A stretch of 64,000 nt of DNA from positions 278,596 through 342,595 of the forward strand of contig JAVVEA010000002.1 in assembly GCA_032250835.1 (NCBI GenBank), given 5' to 3'. This stretch comes from a bacterium. Its GTDB lineage: Bacteria; SAR324; XYD2-FULL-50-16. A program made the translations under genes and the position numbers. Shown here one piece after another: positions 10,809-20,675 of this stretch. A model generated the notes under the pieces. It was not told the DNA's origin and did not search any database. It worked only from the letters and a program-made list of their open reading frames with translations. Position 1 is the first letter of the stretch. Every line of letters starts with the position of its first letter.

Positions 10809-13094
10809 CTAGACTGTGGGGAGTTCGAGCTGTTCGAGTAGCTTCAAAAAAGCCTCTTTGGTCAGTGGCTTGGCTAGATAGCCGTCGAAGACTGGCGGCT
10901 GTCCGGCTGGGTCCTGTTTGCCGCGCGGCAGCAGAGACAGGGCGATTAACTTGGGGGTCCTTTGGTGGTCCGAGCGGATTTTTTGGGCCACTTCTAGCCC
11001 ATTGAGCTGTTGGAGATCGGTGCTCATCAAGACCAGATCAAAGGGCTGGCTAGAGACCAAACGGGCCGCCTCTGTTCCTGTATGGGCTAAAGTCAAGACC
11101 GTGCCTAATTCTCTTAGGACCTGACTACAGGTTTCCAGGTGCAGCTTGTCTGGTTCGAGCAATAATAATCGAAGCCCCTGGGCCTTGGTTTGGAGGCTCG
11201 CGTAGGTTGGCTTGGTTGCTTCGGGCAGGGTAAACCAAAAGGTGGTCCCTTCGCCTAATTGACTTTCCAGGCCAATCTGCCCGCCGCATTTTTTGACAAA
11301 TTCCCGGCAGAGGATCAACCCCATCCCGGTCCCCGCTTCCGAAGCGGTACCCAACTCAGACTGCACCTTGGCGTCGGGCTGGAATAAGAGTTGTTGCCGG
11401 TCGGGACTAAGCCCCACCCCACTGTCGCAGACCATCACCTTAGCAAAGCCCAACAGCGGTTCGGCCTTAACCGTGACATGCCCACCCTGGGGTGTGAACT
11501 TTAGGGCATTGTGGATCAAGTTGCGCAGGATCGTGTTGACCATGGCCGGGTCGGCATGCACCCAAAGATTGCTCTGCACTTCAAAATGCAATTCAATCTG
11601 CTTGAGGCCCGCCTGGGCGGCATAAAGCGGTTGGTTTTCGGCCAAGGTGCGGTTGAGGTCTAAGGTGACGGGGTTAAAGTCTAGTTCCCCCCGCTGGCTT
11701 TGGGCCCAACTGAGCAATTCGGTGAGTAGGTTGTAGGTGCTTTTGGTGTTGACCTTCACCAGATCAAACAACTCTTCGGTTAAGTCGGCCGGTTTTAACA
11801 TCACGTCATTAAACAGTAACGACAACCCCCCGATGGGCCCCCGTAAGTCATGGGCCAAGATCGAAATAAACCGTTCCTTTTCTAAGTTGCTCGCCTCCAA
11901 ATTGGCGGTGCGTTCGCGTACCTTTTGCTCTAAGCCGTTGGTGTGCTCGTCCAGGGCCTGGGCCATTTGGGTGAAACTGGCACTCAGGCGGCCCAACTCG
12001 TCTTGGTTCGGCTCGCCCAAATCCACCTGATAATTCCCCTGGGCGACCATGATGGTGCTTTGGTTGAGCCGGGCGACTCGGTTTAAGATCAGTACCTTGA
12101 CCATTAAAGTCGAGATTCCCGCCAAACTCAACAAGGCTAAGGCCAGCAATAATCCCAAGGGGGCAAAGAAGTCGTCGTCGATCCAAACGCCCATCTCCAT
12201 GAGCGTTACATTATACCAGCCAATCTGGGGGATATAAGCCAGCCCGACCATGTAATGTTTGCCCGCAATATCTAGAGGTAAGGCCAGCGCTTTGGAGTGG
12301 TTTCCTTGTAGTTGGGCCATAGCGCTGCGTAGCCGGTTTCGGTCTGACTCTTTCGAAATCAACTGCAACAGCGTTTTGCGGTCCTTTTGGGTCTTGGTGA
12401 TCGAACGGAAGTCGATCAGGGCGGTATCCTGGTGCGCTTGGATGGCGGTGGTGGCGTTGATGAAAAACTTGCTCAGCCCCGGTTGGGTGTCTAAAATCAC
12501 CTGGGTGATGAAGGTGGTCAGGTCTAGGCCCGTTCCGATCACGGCAGTGGCGCGGCCGTCGGCTTCGACGACGCAGTTGATCCAAACCTTGGCAACCTTG
12601 ATCTCTTCATCGTAGTCTACGTTGAGTAAACAGGGCTTGGGCTGGTGCAGAGTCCGAAAAAACCACTGGTGTTCGGGGTTGCTTGGTTGCAGTTGGTAGC
12701 GCAGTTGGCGGCCGTCATACTGGTTGTGGGCATCGTTGAAATAATAATTCCCCGAACCGGCGATAGCAAAGAAGTAACTTTGGTCCGCAAAGTCGTTGCG
12801 GTAGCTTTCCAACTCGGCAATGCCGTGTTGTTTTAGGGTGGAGTCGGCTTCTTTTAAGCTCCAGCGCTTGATGGCCGAAGATTTGGCCAAGCGCTGGGCC
12901 AAGGCCAACTCGTTTAAGAAAGGACGCAGGCTCCGTTCTTTGTCGTAAAGGGTTTGCTTCTCGGCCAAGAGGCTGCGCAACTCTAACTCCAAGGAACCCA
13001 TCACCTGCCTAAAGCCCAGGTAGGCGAAGGCCAGGGTGACCAAGAAGATGCCGATCATCAGCAGGGTCAGTTTGGTGCTAAGCTGTCGCCACAT
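10809..13094 (-). CDS. Membrane hybrid histidine kinase (Cache-like periplasmic domain, HAMP, HisKA, HATPase, atypical receiver)
   Basis: Two TM helices flanking a periplasmic domain, HAMP DELGRLSASF, AHDLRGP, GTGMGL; receiver DLVLMS lacks the phospho-Asp. Confidence 0.88.
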   Translation of the reverse strand: MWRQLSTKLTLLMIGIFLVTLAFAYLGFRQVMGSLELELRSLLAEKQTLYDKERSLRPFLNELALAQRLAKSSAIKRWSLKEADSTLKQHGIAELESYRNDFADQSYFFAIAGSGNYYFNDAHNQYDGRQLRYQLQPSNPEHQWFFRTLHQPKPCLLNVDYDEEIKVAKVWINCVVEADGRATAVIGTGLDLTTFITQVILDTQPGLSKFFINATTAIQAHQDTALIDFRSITKTQKDRKTLLQLISKESDRNRLRSAMAQLQGNHSKALALPLDIAGKHYMVGLAYIPQIGWYNVTLMEMGVWIDDDFFAPLGLLLALALLSLAGISTLMVKVLILNRVARLNQSTIMVAQGNYQVDLGEPNQDELGRLSASFTQMAQALDEHTNGLEQKVRERTANLEASNLEKERFISILAHDLRGPIGGLSLLFNDVMLKPADLTEELFDLVKVNTKSTYNLLTELLSWAQSQRGELDFNPVTLDLNRTLAENQPLYAAQAGLKQIELHFEVQSNLWVHADPAMVNTILRNLIHNALKFTPQGGHVTVKAEPLLGFAKVMVCDSGVGLSPDRQQLLFQPDAKVQSELGTASEAGTGMGLILCREFVKKCGGQIGLESQLGEGTTFWFTLPEATKPTYASLQTKAQGLRLLLLEPDKLHLETCSQVLRELGTVLTLAHTGTEAARLVSSQPFDLVLMSTDLQQLNGLEVAQKIRSDHQRTPKLIALSLLPRGKQDPAGQPPVFDGYLAKPLTKEAFLKLLEQLELPTV

Positions 13095-13241
13095 TTCGGG
13101 TCTTGGGTAGAGGGCATTTTTGGGGTTATCCTGATTGCACTCTAACAGATGAGTCTCTTAAGGAAAACGAGAATTGAGGCTGCTTTAGGCCCTGGATTTG
13201 AAAACCTGAAATTACTCGATAACCCCATCCTTAAGGAGCCA

Positions 13242-13655
13242 ATGAAACCTAGAATCAGCATGATCACCCTGGGCGTTGCCGACCTGGAACGCTCCGTGAA
13301 GTTCTACCGCGATGGCCTGGGCCTGCCGCAGATGGAGTCGCCGCCAGGGGTGGCCTTTTTTACACTCAACGGAACTTGGCTGGGGCTTTACGGTAGGGCC
13401 GCCTTGGCCGCTGATGCCCAGGTGGACGCAGAGGGCAACGGCTTCGGTGGATTTGCTTTGGCCCATAATTTATCTAGTCCTGAGGCGGTTGATCAGGGCT
13501 TTAACGCGGCTCTGGCCGTTGGTGCCGCCGTGGCCAAAAGGCCACAAGATACCGATTGGGGCGGATATTCCGGCTATTTTAAGGACCCCGATGGACACCT
13601 ATGGGAACTGGCCTACAATCCCTTCTTTTGGGTTGGCCCGGCTGACGAGCCCTAA
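13242..13655 (+). CDS. VOC/glyoxalase family protein
   Basis: ISMITLGVADLERSVKFY...WGGYSGYFKDPDGHLWE; AAGGAG RBS before ATG 13242. Confidence 0.9.
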   Translation: MKPRISMITLGVADLERSVKFYRDGLGLPQMESPPGVAFFTLNGTWLGLYGRAALAADAQVDAEGNGFGGFALAHNLSSPEAVDQGFNAALAVGAAVAKRPQDTDWGGYSGYFKDPDGHLWELAYNPFFWVGPADEP

Positions 13656-13899
13656 TAGCTGAAGGTAAATGCTTGGGAGTGGCAGGCTGAGAGATTTTCC
13701 GCTGGGCAACGAGCCGACGCGAAGAGGTTAGAGGGAATGGGCCGCGGCCCCGCGCTGGACGAGCGCTCCGCTGGTTTGGGTCTGGCGGTGAAGGGGGAGA
13801 ACCTAGCTCATCGCCGAGGAGGAGCGGTCAACGGCTAGTGGTTATTTCGGAAAAAAGGGGCTGTTTGTGCTTCCTGGAGCGACCCTTCGCCAGGGCCGT

Positions 13900-14253
13900 T
13901 CAGATGCAAGAAAGGAAACCCTGAGGCAATCCGGCGATTCGGCCAGCTTGAAGCAAAAGGCCTTTGGGGAAGAGTGTCGTGAGGCGTTGGTGCGCTTCGC
14001 GGTGGGTGAGGTCATAATGGTCAGCAAACCACTGGATCAATACTTTTTTGCGCGGTGGCAACCCCTGTTCTTCAAAGATCCGGCGCAGCCACCAAAGCAC
14101 CTGCCAATGTAAAGGGTTTAACCCAATCTCTTCGGCTTGGGCCAAACGCCGCGCCACTTGGGGCGTCCATAGGCTGGGGTCGGCCAAATGGCCTTCCATT
14201 AATTCTAGTGGTTCGTCGGTCGGGAAATCAGGCGGGGGCCGTTGGGCGTTCAT
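13900..14253 (-). CDS. TusE/DsrC-family sulfur carrier protein
   Basis: EGHL.DP..WT..VA..LA..E.I.L...HW.V...LR; LFPKG...QAGRIAGLP...CI with penultimate Cys. Confidence 0.8.
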   Translation of the reverse strand: MNAQRPPPDFPTDEPLELMEGHLADPSLWTPQVARRLAQAEEIGLNPLHWQVLWWLRRIFEEQGLPPRKKVLIQWFADHYDLTHREAHQRLTTLFPKGLLLQAGRIAGLPQGFLSCI

Positions 14254-14504
14254 AGCGGTTCGGGGCAAGGGGTTGGTCTCGACACCAGTATAACACAAAG
14301 AGAAAAAAGTTTTTGGTTCGTTAAGCTACCGGCCCGGGTCGAATGGCCAGAGGGCCCGGGGGTACCTTTGAAGGAAATTACGCCAACCGTTAGTTTGGCG
14401 GCTATCTACGCAGCTGTATCTAAGTTGAGTTTGTTTTAGGGGCTTATATAAGGTCAGCAGGTTGCTTGGGTGTAACTTCTGTGGTGCGGCGAAGATCGAC
14501 CTAG

Positions 14505-14749
14505 GGCCTCGAAGCCCTAGGTCTGTAGGAATATTTTTATAGGGAAGTTGGCTTCGCCAACGGCTTGGGTCTGGCGCCACTCGCCGGCTCGCGTCGCTAC
14601 GCCCGTCGCCCTCGGCCTGCGGCCTCGAAGCTCTAGGTCTGTAGGAATATTTTTATAGGGAAGTTGGCTTCGCCAACGGCTTGGGTCTGGCACCACTCGC
14701 CGGCTCGCGTCGCTACGCCCGTCGCCCTCGGCCTGCGGCCTCGAAGCTC
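14505..14749. repeat. Tandem repeat, 116-bp period (~2.1 copies), REP-like hairpin family
   Basis: GGCCTCGAAGC recurs at 14505, 14621 and 14737; contains hairpins GTTGGC-TTC-GCCAAC, GCGT-CGCT-ACGC and GGCC-TGC-GGCC. Confidence 0.92.
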
Positions 14750-14760
14750 CTTGGCGTGCG

Positions 14761-14845
14761 AAGAGAGTGGGGGATTTGAACCCCCGAGGCTGTTACACCT
14801 GACGGCTTTCGAAACCGTTGCCTTCAACCACTCGGCCAACTCTCC
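14761..14845 (-). tRNA. tRNA-Ser(CGA)
   Basis: GGAGAGT acceptor, ACGGT-TTCGAAA-GCCGT anticodon arm, long variable arm, GGGGG-TTCAAAT-CCCCC T arm; CCA not encoded directly. Confidence 0.92.
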
Positions 14846-14919
14846 ACGCGCTCGTCCCTGTGGGGGGACGTCTCCATTGGTATGCCAAGCCGGGGCGGCT
14901 GTCAATGGCTAGACTAGGG

Positions 14920-15315
14920 CTAGCGGGCGAAGATTTGCAACATTTGGGGGTCCACCTGGGCATCGAAGCCCCAGCCCTCACGTTTGACTTCGGCCCGATC
15001 TAACCGGCCGTCGCGGAAGCTGAGGTAAAGGATATACGCTTCTTCTTTACGGTACTGGCCAAGGAAGAAATAGGTGTATTCTTCGCGGAAATCCACATAG
15101 CTCATCACCGAAAGGTTACCCTGTTGGCGGTAACCTAAGGGTTCGCCCAGCTGCTCGAGTAGGTCGACCTCGGTGGTCAGCCCGAGGGTCAAAAACTTGG
15201 GCGCTCCCGCCTCAAGGTCCACCTTACCCAATTTGGCCCGGGCACAACTGCCGCCGGAGCCCAGGAGAATCACTCCAATCAACAGCCCCAAGAGTGGCCT
15301 AAAGAGCGAGTTCAT
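14920..15315 (-). CDS. Putative lipoprotein, SmpA/BamE-like repeat
   Basis: Signal peptide with Cys; LGLTTEVDLLEQLGEP; ATGA overlap with upstream paralog. Confidence 0.6.
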   Translation of the reverse strand: MNSLFRPLLGLLIGVILLGSGGSCARAKLGKVDLEAGAPKFLTLGLTTEVDLLEQLGEPLGYRQQGNLSVMSYVDFREEYTYFFLGQYRKEEAYILYLSFRDGRLDRAEVKREGWGFDAQVDPQMLQIFAR

Positions 15316-15686
15316 CGCGCGCTGCGGCGGGTGCCGGGGTTGTTCGAGGTGGCCGGGGCAAAGGCGCCCCAACCCTCGCCGGTTTTCTCGATCTTCGCTT
15401 GGACCACCCGGCCCTCAGCGAACCGCAAGACCAACTCGTTGCCCTCATAGGTTCCATATAAAATGAAAAACTCACCCCGTTCGTGGTTGTAGATCACCGT
15501 TTCCAGTCCGGCCACTTGCCGGTGTACCAAAGGCTCACCTAATCGGTCGAAGACTTCGGCCCGGGTCGTTTGGCCGATCACGATGAAATCAGGCATCCCT
15601 TCTTGAGCCTGAAATTTCCCGAAGGAACTGACCGAACAACCGCCCAGCCAGACTAAGGTCCCTATGATCATCAGTTTTTGTAGCAT
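15312..15686 (-). CDS. Putative lipoprotein, SmpA/BamE-like repeat
   Basis: Lipobox LGGC; IGQTTRAEVFDRLGEP; AGGAG RBS. Confidence 0.65.
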   Translation of the reverse strand: MLQKLMIIGTLVWLGGCSVSSFGKFQAQEGMPDFIVIGQTTRAEVFDRLGEPLVHRQVAGLETVIYNHERGEFFILYGTYEGNELVLRFAEGRVVQAKIEKTGEGWGAFAPATSNNPGTRRSAR

Positions 15687-15768
15687 AAAATTCTCCTGCT
15701 ATTTTTTTTAGGCCCCAGTGTAACGGAGGTCCCCATGGCCTTCAAGGGCTTGCAGTTTTTCCCTGGGC

Positions 15769-15978
15769 TCAACCCTTCTTAAAAAACTCGGTTTTTAAGA
15801 CAATGGTCGCTTTGCCAATGCGGCACTCGATCTCGTTTTCATTGGAGGTCAGCCGGATATTTTTGATCGGCGTACCGCGCTTGAGGTTCAAGGAAGATCC
15901 CTTAACTTTTAAATCTTTGGTCGCCAAGACGGTATCGCCGTCTTGTAATTCGTTGCCGTTGCAGTCTTTGGTGCTCAT
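15769..15978 (-). CDS. PhnA/YjdM-family small protein (C-terminal domain only)
   Basis: KDCNGNELQDGDTV...KDLKVKGSS..LKRGT.IKNIRL...LKTEF. Confidence 0.85.
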   Translation of the reverse strand: MSTKDCNGNELQDGDTVLATKDLKVKGSSLNLKRGTPIKNIRLTSNENEIECRIGKATIVLKTEFFKKG

Positions 15979-16174
15979 CTACATTTGTATAATGGGGTTG
16001 GCAGACTAATGAGAATCCCTATTGGAAAACATGGCCCCTATTTTGTCTACGGGAATCCGTGGAGTAAAAAAGCCCTGAAGCTCAATGAACCTGCTTTAAT
16101 CTGGGGCTCATCCAGCGTTCATCTTGGGCGTCTAGTCTCAAAACCAAAACCGATACCTTGTTTTAGGAGACTTG

Positions 16175-16651
16175 ATGTTACCTTTGCGCTCGACTTGGAT
16201 TTTAGTTTGGATGTTATTAGGGCCCTGGGTGGTCTTGGCTGGTGAGGACGCATACAAAGAGCCTTGGGCTCCGGTGGACGCTTCAGTCAACGCCGCTATC
16301 GACGAAGCCTACCAAGCCCAAGTGAAGCCGATATTTGAGCAGAAATGTTACGACTGCCACGTCACCGACCCGGATTATCCTTGGTATGTACAGGTACCTG
16401 GATTAGGGGCCTTGATGCGCCACCACAACGAAGAAGGGGTTAAAGACTTGGACCTCACCAATGGTTTCCCCTTTGGGGGCGAAGGTGGCGTGTTAAAACA
16501 ATTGCGCGAGATTGAAAAGGAAGTGCTGGTTAAACGGGAGATGCCGCCCACCTATTACCTGATCACCCACCCCAGCGCGGGCCTGGATGGTGAAGAAAAG
16601 GCGCAGCTAGCTCAGTGGATCCAATGGACCCGCCAGCAACTGGCTCACTAG
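16175..16651 (+). CDS. Exported c-type haem-binding domain protein
   Basis: Signal peptide; CYDCH; YPWY...P; EMPP..Y.ITHP. Confidence 0.82.
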   Translation: MLPLRSTWILVWMLLGPWVVLAGEDAYKEPWAPVDASVNAAIDEAYQAQVKPIFEQKCYDCHVTDPDYPWYVQVPGLGALMRHHNEEGVKDLDLTNGFPFGGEGGVLKQLREIEKEVLVKREMPPTYYLITHPSAGLDGEEKAQLAQWIQWTRQQLAH

Positions 16652-19020
16652 ACCGAGAGGTAGGGCTGTAGGCAGGCGAGCAGCTTGTCTTTGTCTAGCG
16701 GCTTGTTGAGGTAACCCTCAAAGGGGGATTCCTGGGCTAGCTGGATCAGCTCTTCTTTCGAATAAGAAGTCAGCGCAACAATCAAAGGGGCCGGGACTGG
16801 CGCACGGCGCACCGCCAAGTTAGCCTCAACCCCATTGAGGTCCGGCAGGTCAATATCCATCAAAATCAAGTTAAAAGGACTGGCTAGGTGGCGGTCCACT
16901 GCCGTCTGGCCGTCTCCGGCGGTCTCAAAGTTGATCCCTAATTCTTTGAGTACCTTGGTGCTACTTTCTAAATGCAAGGCGTTGTCGTCTACCAACAAAA
17001 CCCGCATAGCCTGTAGGCGCTTAAGTTCCAGCAAAGTCGCCTGCTGGGCGGCGGCGTGGTCGGCTTGGCCGCTGGGCAGGGTGAACCAGAATTGACTGCC
17101 TACCCCTGTTTGGCTGCTCACCCCAATCTGGCCGCCATGGCGTTTGACGAACTCGGCACAGAGGATCAGCCCCAGGCCCGAGCCAGACTCGCTGTTGGTG
17201 CCCAAGCTAGAGTGGGCCTTTTTATCGAGCCTAAAGAGCGAATCTTGGATTTCCTCACTCATGCCCACGCCGGTATCGGCTACCTCGACCCGCACCCAGT
17301 CTTCTTTTTGGCTGGCCGATACGGTAATGCTACCGCCTTGAGGGGTGAACTTTAGGGCGTTGTTGATCAGATTGCGCAGGATGGTGGTCACCATCGGTAA
17401 ATCGGCGTAAAGGCCGATTTCTGGGTCTACTTGAGCCCTAAGCGTCAGGCCCTTCTGTTGGGCGGTGCCCTGGTAGAGTCCCAAGTTCGCTTGCAGGGGT
17501 GGCAAGAGCGCAAAATCCTTGGGGTTGTATTCGATTTCGTCTTTTTGGCTGCGCGACCAAGACAGCAGGTTTTCTAGCAGTTGGTGGGTGTTTTTGGCTG
17601 AAGTGCGGATGCTGTCGAAAAGCGGTTGGCTAATGTCGGAGCCCTGTTCGAAGACCTCGTTAAAAAGCACCGAAAAGCTACCGATCGGTCCGCGTAGGTC
17701 ATGGGCCACAATCGAAAAGAACTTGTCTTTGGTCTCGTTGGCTTGGCGCAACGCCTGGGTCTTGTAGGCCACCTCCTTTTCTAAGTCTGCCGCGTAGGCT
17801 TTGCTGACTTCCAGCGTGGCCGCTTGGGCCGCTTCCTTTTCTTTGCGTAAGTTCAGGATGCGCCGGGTCAAAAAGCCGGAGAGCAAGGTGACCTCCAAAG
17901 CCACACCCCACTGCCAGGGGTGGGGCATGAAATTGCGCCCTGATTGCAGGCTGATCATTTCTAAAATCCCTCCGGCGAGGGCCGGGGTGAAGCTGATCAA
18001 AAGCCAGATAGCCTGGGCTTGGCGGCGGATGCTAAAGTAAAGGGCGTAGCCAAAGAGACCCAAGACAATCAACACCGGCAGGTTGTTGATCACCTCGGCG
18101 GCCAGTTGGGTGTCCACCCAGTTGACCGGTACGGCGACCAAAGAACCCAAGAGCGGCAGGTACATGAACCAACGCAAAATCCAGCGTTCCTTGGTGATCC
18201 CTAACATGACCCAACTGTATTGGATCTGAAAGAAGAAGGTGCCCAGGAAAAAAATCGATTGGGTGATTACATGAGAAAACCAGATAGGCCAAAGGCTTAA
18301 GCCAAACCAAGCCTCAAAAAGACGGTCCCGAGAAAGCACAAAGAGGCAAAAAAAACCGATATACCCCGTAAAGTACAGCAGTTCCCGATTCCCGAAGGAG
18401 CGGTATAGGCTTAAATTGTAAATCCCCATCACCGCCAGTATCCCGAAGATCAAGGCATAGCTGGCCAAAGACCGGCTCACCTTCTGGGCAAAGGCCTCGG
18501 CGGTGTAAAGCGAGGCTTCGCGCTCGATGTTGGTGATGCTGCGGATCATCAGCATCCACTGCGTTTCGCCGGGGTCCAAGGTGAGGTGGAAGTAGGGGAA
18601 GTTGGTGCCGTTAACGGGAAACTCCGCTCCCTTAAGGAAGTCCAACCGGTCTTGTAGGACCCATTGCCCCGCATGCCTTTGCCACAATTCGGCTTCAAAG
18701 GCCCAGTCTTCCCAATATAAAACCCGGTCTTGGTGGTACCCTGTGGGGTTGTTTAAATTGAAGCGGACCCAGGTGTTTTTATCGGGGCTGCCGAACTCGG
18801 AAAACTGGGCGTGGTAGGCTGCTGGCTCCAGGAAACTTTGGGCCGCCGCTTCGGGGCCGCTCAATTGGCGCTGCAAATCCGCCCAGAAGGTCAGGCCGGG
18901 ATTTAAGTTGGTCCTAGCGGCCTCGGACTGCACGACTACCGGCACCGCTTGGACCGGTGAGGCAGCAGCCAGAAGGACACAAAAAAAGCCGAGCCAAAGG
19001 GCACGGAGGAAGTTTCCCAA
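16648..19020 (-). CDS. 7TM-DISM hybrid histidine kinase with receiver
   Basis: Signal peptide, 7TM region (GILAVMGIYNL), AHDLRGP, NLINNALKF, GSGLGL, receiver NLILMD. Confidence 0.9.
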   Translation of the reverse strand: MGNFLRALWLGFFCVLLAAASPVQAVPVVVQSEAARTNLNPGLTFWADLQRQLSGPEAAAQSFLEPAAYHAQFSEFGSPDKNTWVRFNLNNPTGYHQDRVLYWEDWAFEAELWQRHAGQWVLQDRLDFLKGAEFPVNGTNFPYFHLTLDPGETQWMLMIRSITNIEREASLYTAEAFAQKVSRSLASYALIFGILAVMGIYNLSLYRSFGNRELLYFTGYIGFFCLFVLSRDRLFEAWFGLSLWPIWFSHVITQSIFFLGTFFFQIQYSWVMLGITKERWILRWFMYLPLLGSLVAVPVNWVDTQLAAEVINNLPVLIVLGLFGYALYFSIRRQAQAIWLLISFTPALAGGILEMISLQSGRNFMPHPWQWGVALEVTLLSGFLTRRILNLRKEKEAAQAATLEVSKAYAADLEKEVAYKTQALRQANETKDKFFSIVAHDLRGPIGSFSVLFNEVFEQGSDISQPLFDSIRTSAKNTHQLLENLLSWSRSQKDEIEYNPKDFALLPPLQANLGLYQGTAQQKGLTLRAQVDPEIGLYADLPMVTTILRNLINNALKFTPQGGSITVSASQKEDWVRVEVADTGVGMSEEIQDSLFRLDKKAHSSLGTNSESGSGLGLILCAEFVKRHGGQIGVSSQTGVGSQFWFTLPSGQADHAAAQQATLLELKRLQAMRVLLVDDNALHLESSTKVLKELGINFETAGDGQTAVDRHLASPFNLILMDIDLPDLNGVEANLAVRRAPVPAPLIVALTSYSKEELIQLAQESPFEGYLNKPLDKDKLLACLQPYLSV

Positions 19021-19184
19021 TTGGTTTCCCTGATTAAGTCCGCCAGGGGGGTAGGCCCTGGATTGTGGGCGCTTAAAGCTGCCCCAAATTCATGTTATAT
19101 ACCCGTGACTTATACACTAAAGGGCCTTTCCTAGCAAAAAATATCTTTCACCAATTTTGATGCCGCACTTTCCTTAGGGCCTTA

Positions 19185-19556
19185 TCAGCGGTGCTGGTCG
19201 ATCAAAATAGGGTTTCCGTCCGGGTCCTTTAAGGTAAGAAAGGCTGGCCCTTGGGAGGTCTCGTCAGCCTCTTCGATCAATTCAAGGCCCCGCGCCTTGA
19301 GCTGCTTTTGCAGTTCGCGGACGTCAGTAAAGGACTCTAAAGGTTCGGCCTGCGCGTTCCAGCCGGGGTTAAAGGTTAAAATGTTTTGCTCAAACATCCC
19401 TTGAAACAAGCCCAGTGTCTGGTCCTTGTTCCGGAGGATCAACCAGTTTTGGGCCTCATCCCCACCGACCACCGCAAAGCCCAATTTTCCATAAAAATCC
19501 TTCGAGGCGGCTAGGTCTTTGACAGCCAAGCTGAGCGAAAAAGTTCCTAATTCCAT
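19185..19556 (-). CDS. VOC/glyoxalase family protein
   Basis: [22 protein letters not shown]...[17 protein letters not shown]...[12 protein letters not shown]. Confidence 0.88.
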   Translation of the reverse strand: MELGTFSLSLAVKDLAASKDFYGKLGFAVVGGDEAQNWLILRNKDQTLGLFQGMFEQNILTFNPGWNAQAEPLESFTDVRELQKQLKARGLELIEEADETSQGPAFLTLKDPDGNPILIDQHR

Positions 19557-19777
19557 GAGGTATCCCCTACCATAAGTTTGATGACCGCACCCTCGTTAAG
19601 ACGTATCCAGCCTAGCCTACTATGCACCTCAATTCAATCCCCCTCATTCATGAGCTAAAACGGCCATCCTAGCACCCAACCAAAAATTTGACCCCAAGCG
19701 TGGCGGCTGCGCCGCTACGAACCAACATCAAAGACCCCCTACTTAAGGACTGGCGCTGATTTTACAGAATCACCGCC

Positions 19778-20662
19778 TCAAACCAGCCGCTGTTTAAACT
19801 CCTGCCACAGTTGCTGGGCGATGGGGCCTAGGGGACTGCCTTTGCGCTTGATCAAGTGTGCCGCACCTTGGTCTCGGTTTTCGAGCCCCGAGGTCGGGGG
19901 ATTTAAAAGCAGTCCCTGTCCCAACTCCCGCTGGATCAGGTGACTCGGCAGGTTGCCCCAACCTAATCCGGCCAGGATGATCTCTTTTTTGGTCATCACG
20001 TCGGTTACCTCCCACTTGCGCCCGCCTTCTAAGACCCCAAATTGTTCGCTGCGGCGCTGCACGGCGCTGTCTTGGATCACCACTTGGGGGAAAGCCATCA
20101 AGTCGGATTCAGAGAGGGTCTTTTGGGTCGTCAACAACGGAAACTGGGGGCTGACGACCATCAACATTTCCAGGTCAAAGACTTTAAAGCCCTCAACCCG
20201 GTGGTCTAGGTTGGGCCAAACCACAAAGGCCAAGTCCACCTCCCCTTGGATCAGCTTTTCAATGCCGCCGTACATATATTGAGAGACCAGCACCAATTGG
20301 GTCTGGCAATGGTCCTGCTCAAAGGGCCGTAAGATCTCTAAAATCGGGGCCAAGGGAATCATCGGGTCGATGGATACCCGCAGTTCCGGCTCATTGCCTT
20401 GGGACAAAAACAGACCTAAAGACTCAAACTCCTGGGCTTGGTGCAACAGTCTTTGGGCAGACCGCAACATCCGGCGGCCTTGCTCGGTCAGCTGCATGCG
20501 GTACCCGGCCCTAGAAAAGAGGGGGGTCTCTAATTGTTCTTCCAGCTTTTTGACCGCCACACTCAGGCTCGGTTGGGTGCGGTGTAGCTTTTTGGCTGCT
20601 GCGCCCAGGCTGCCCGTCTCGGCGATGGCCACAAAAACCCGGATCTGCTCAAGGGTCATCAT
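19778..20662 (-). CDS. LysR-family transcriptional regulator
   Basis: GSLGAAAKKLHRTQPSLSVAVKKLEEQL HTH; substrate-binding domain. Confidence 0.95.
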   Translation of the reverse strand: MMTLEQIRVFVAIAETGSLGAAAKKLHRTQPSLSVAVKKLEEQLETPLFSRAGYRMQLTEQGRRMLRSAQRLLHQAQEFESLGLFLSQGNEPELRVSIDPMIPLAPILEILRPFEQDHCQTQLVLVSQYMYGGIEKLIQGEVDLAFVVWPNLDHRVEGFKVFDLEMLMVVSPQFPLLTTQKTLSESDLMAFPQVVIQDSAVQRRSEQFGVLEGGRKWEVTDVMTKKEIILAGLGWGNLPSHLIQRELGQGLLLNPPTSGLENRDQGAAHLIKRKGSPLGPIAQQLWQEFKQRLV

Positions 20663-20675
20663 AGTTAAAATCTAT
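20661..20675. promoter_or_regulatory. LysR-type T-N11-A operator (ATAG-N7-CTAT)
   Basis: ATAGTTAAAATCTAT overlaps the LysR start, in the divergent intergenic region. Confidence 0.6.

Noticed and set aside
13660-13860. GC-rich intergenic stretch containing GCTGAGA, as a possible TPP riboswitch
   Set aside because: The rest of the TPP consensus is absent, and it lies between convergent gene ends.
14300-14760. Genomic island or prophage integrated at tRNA-Ser
   Set aside because: No integrase and no duplicated tRNA 3' end seen in the window.
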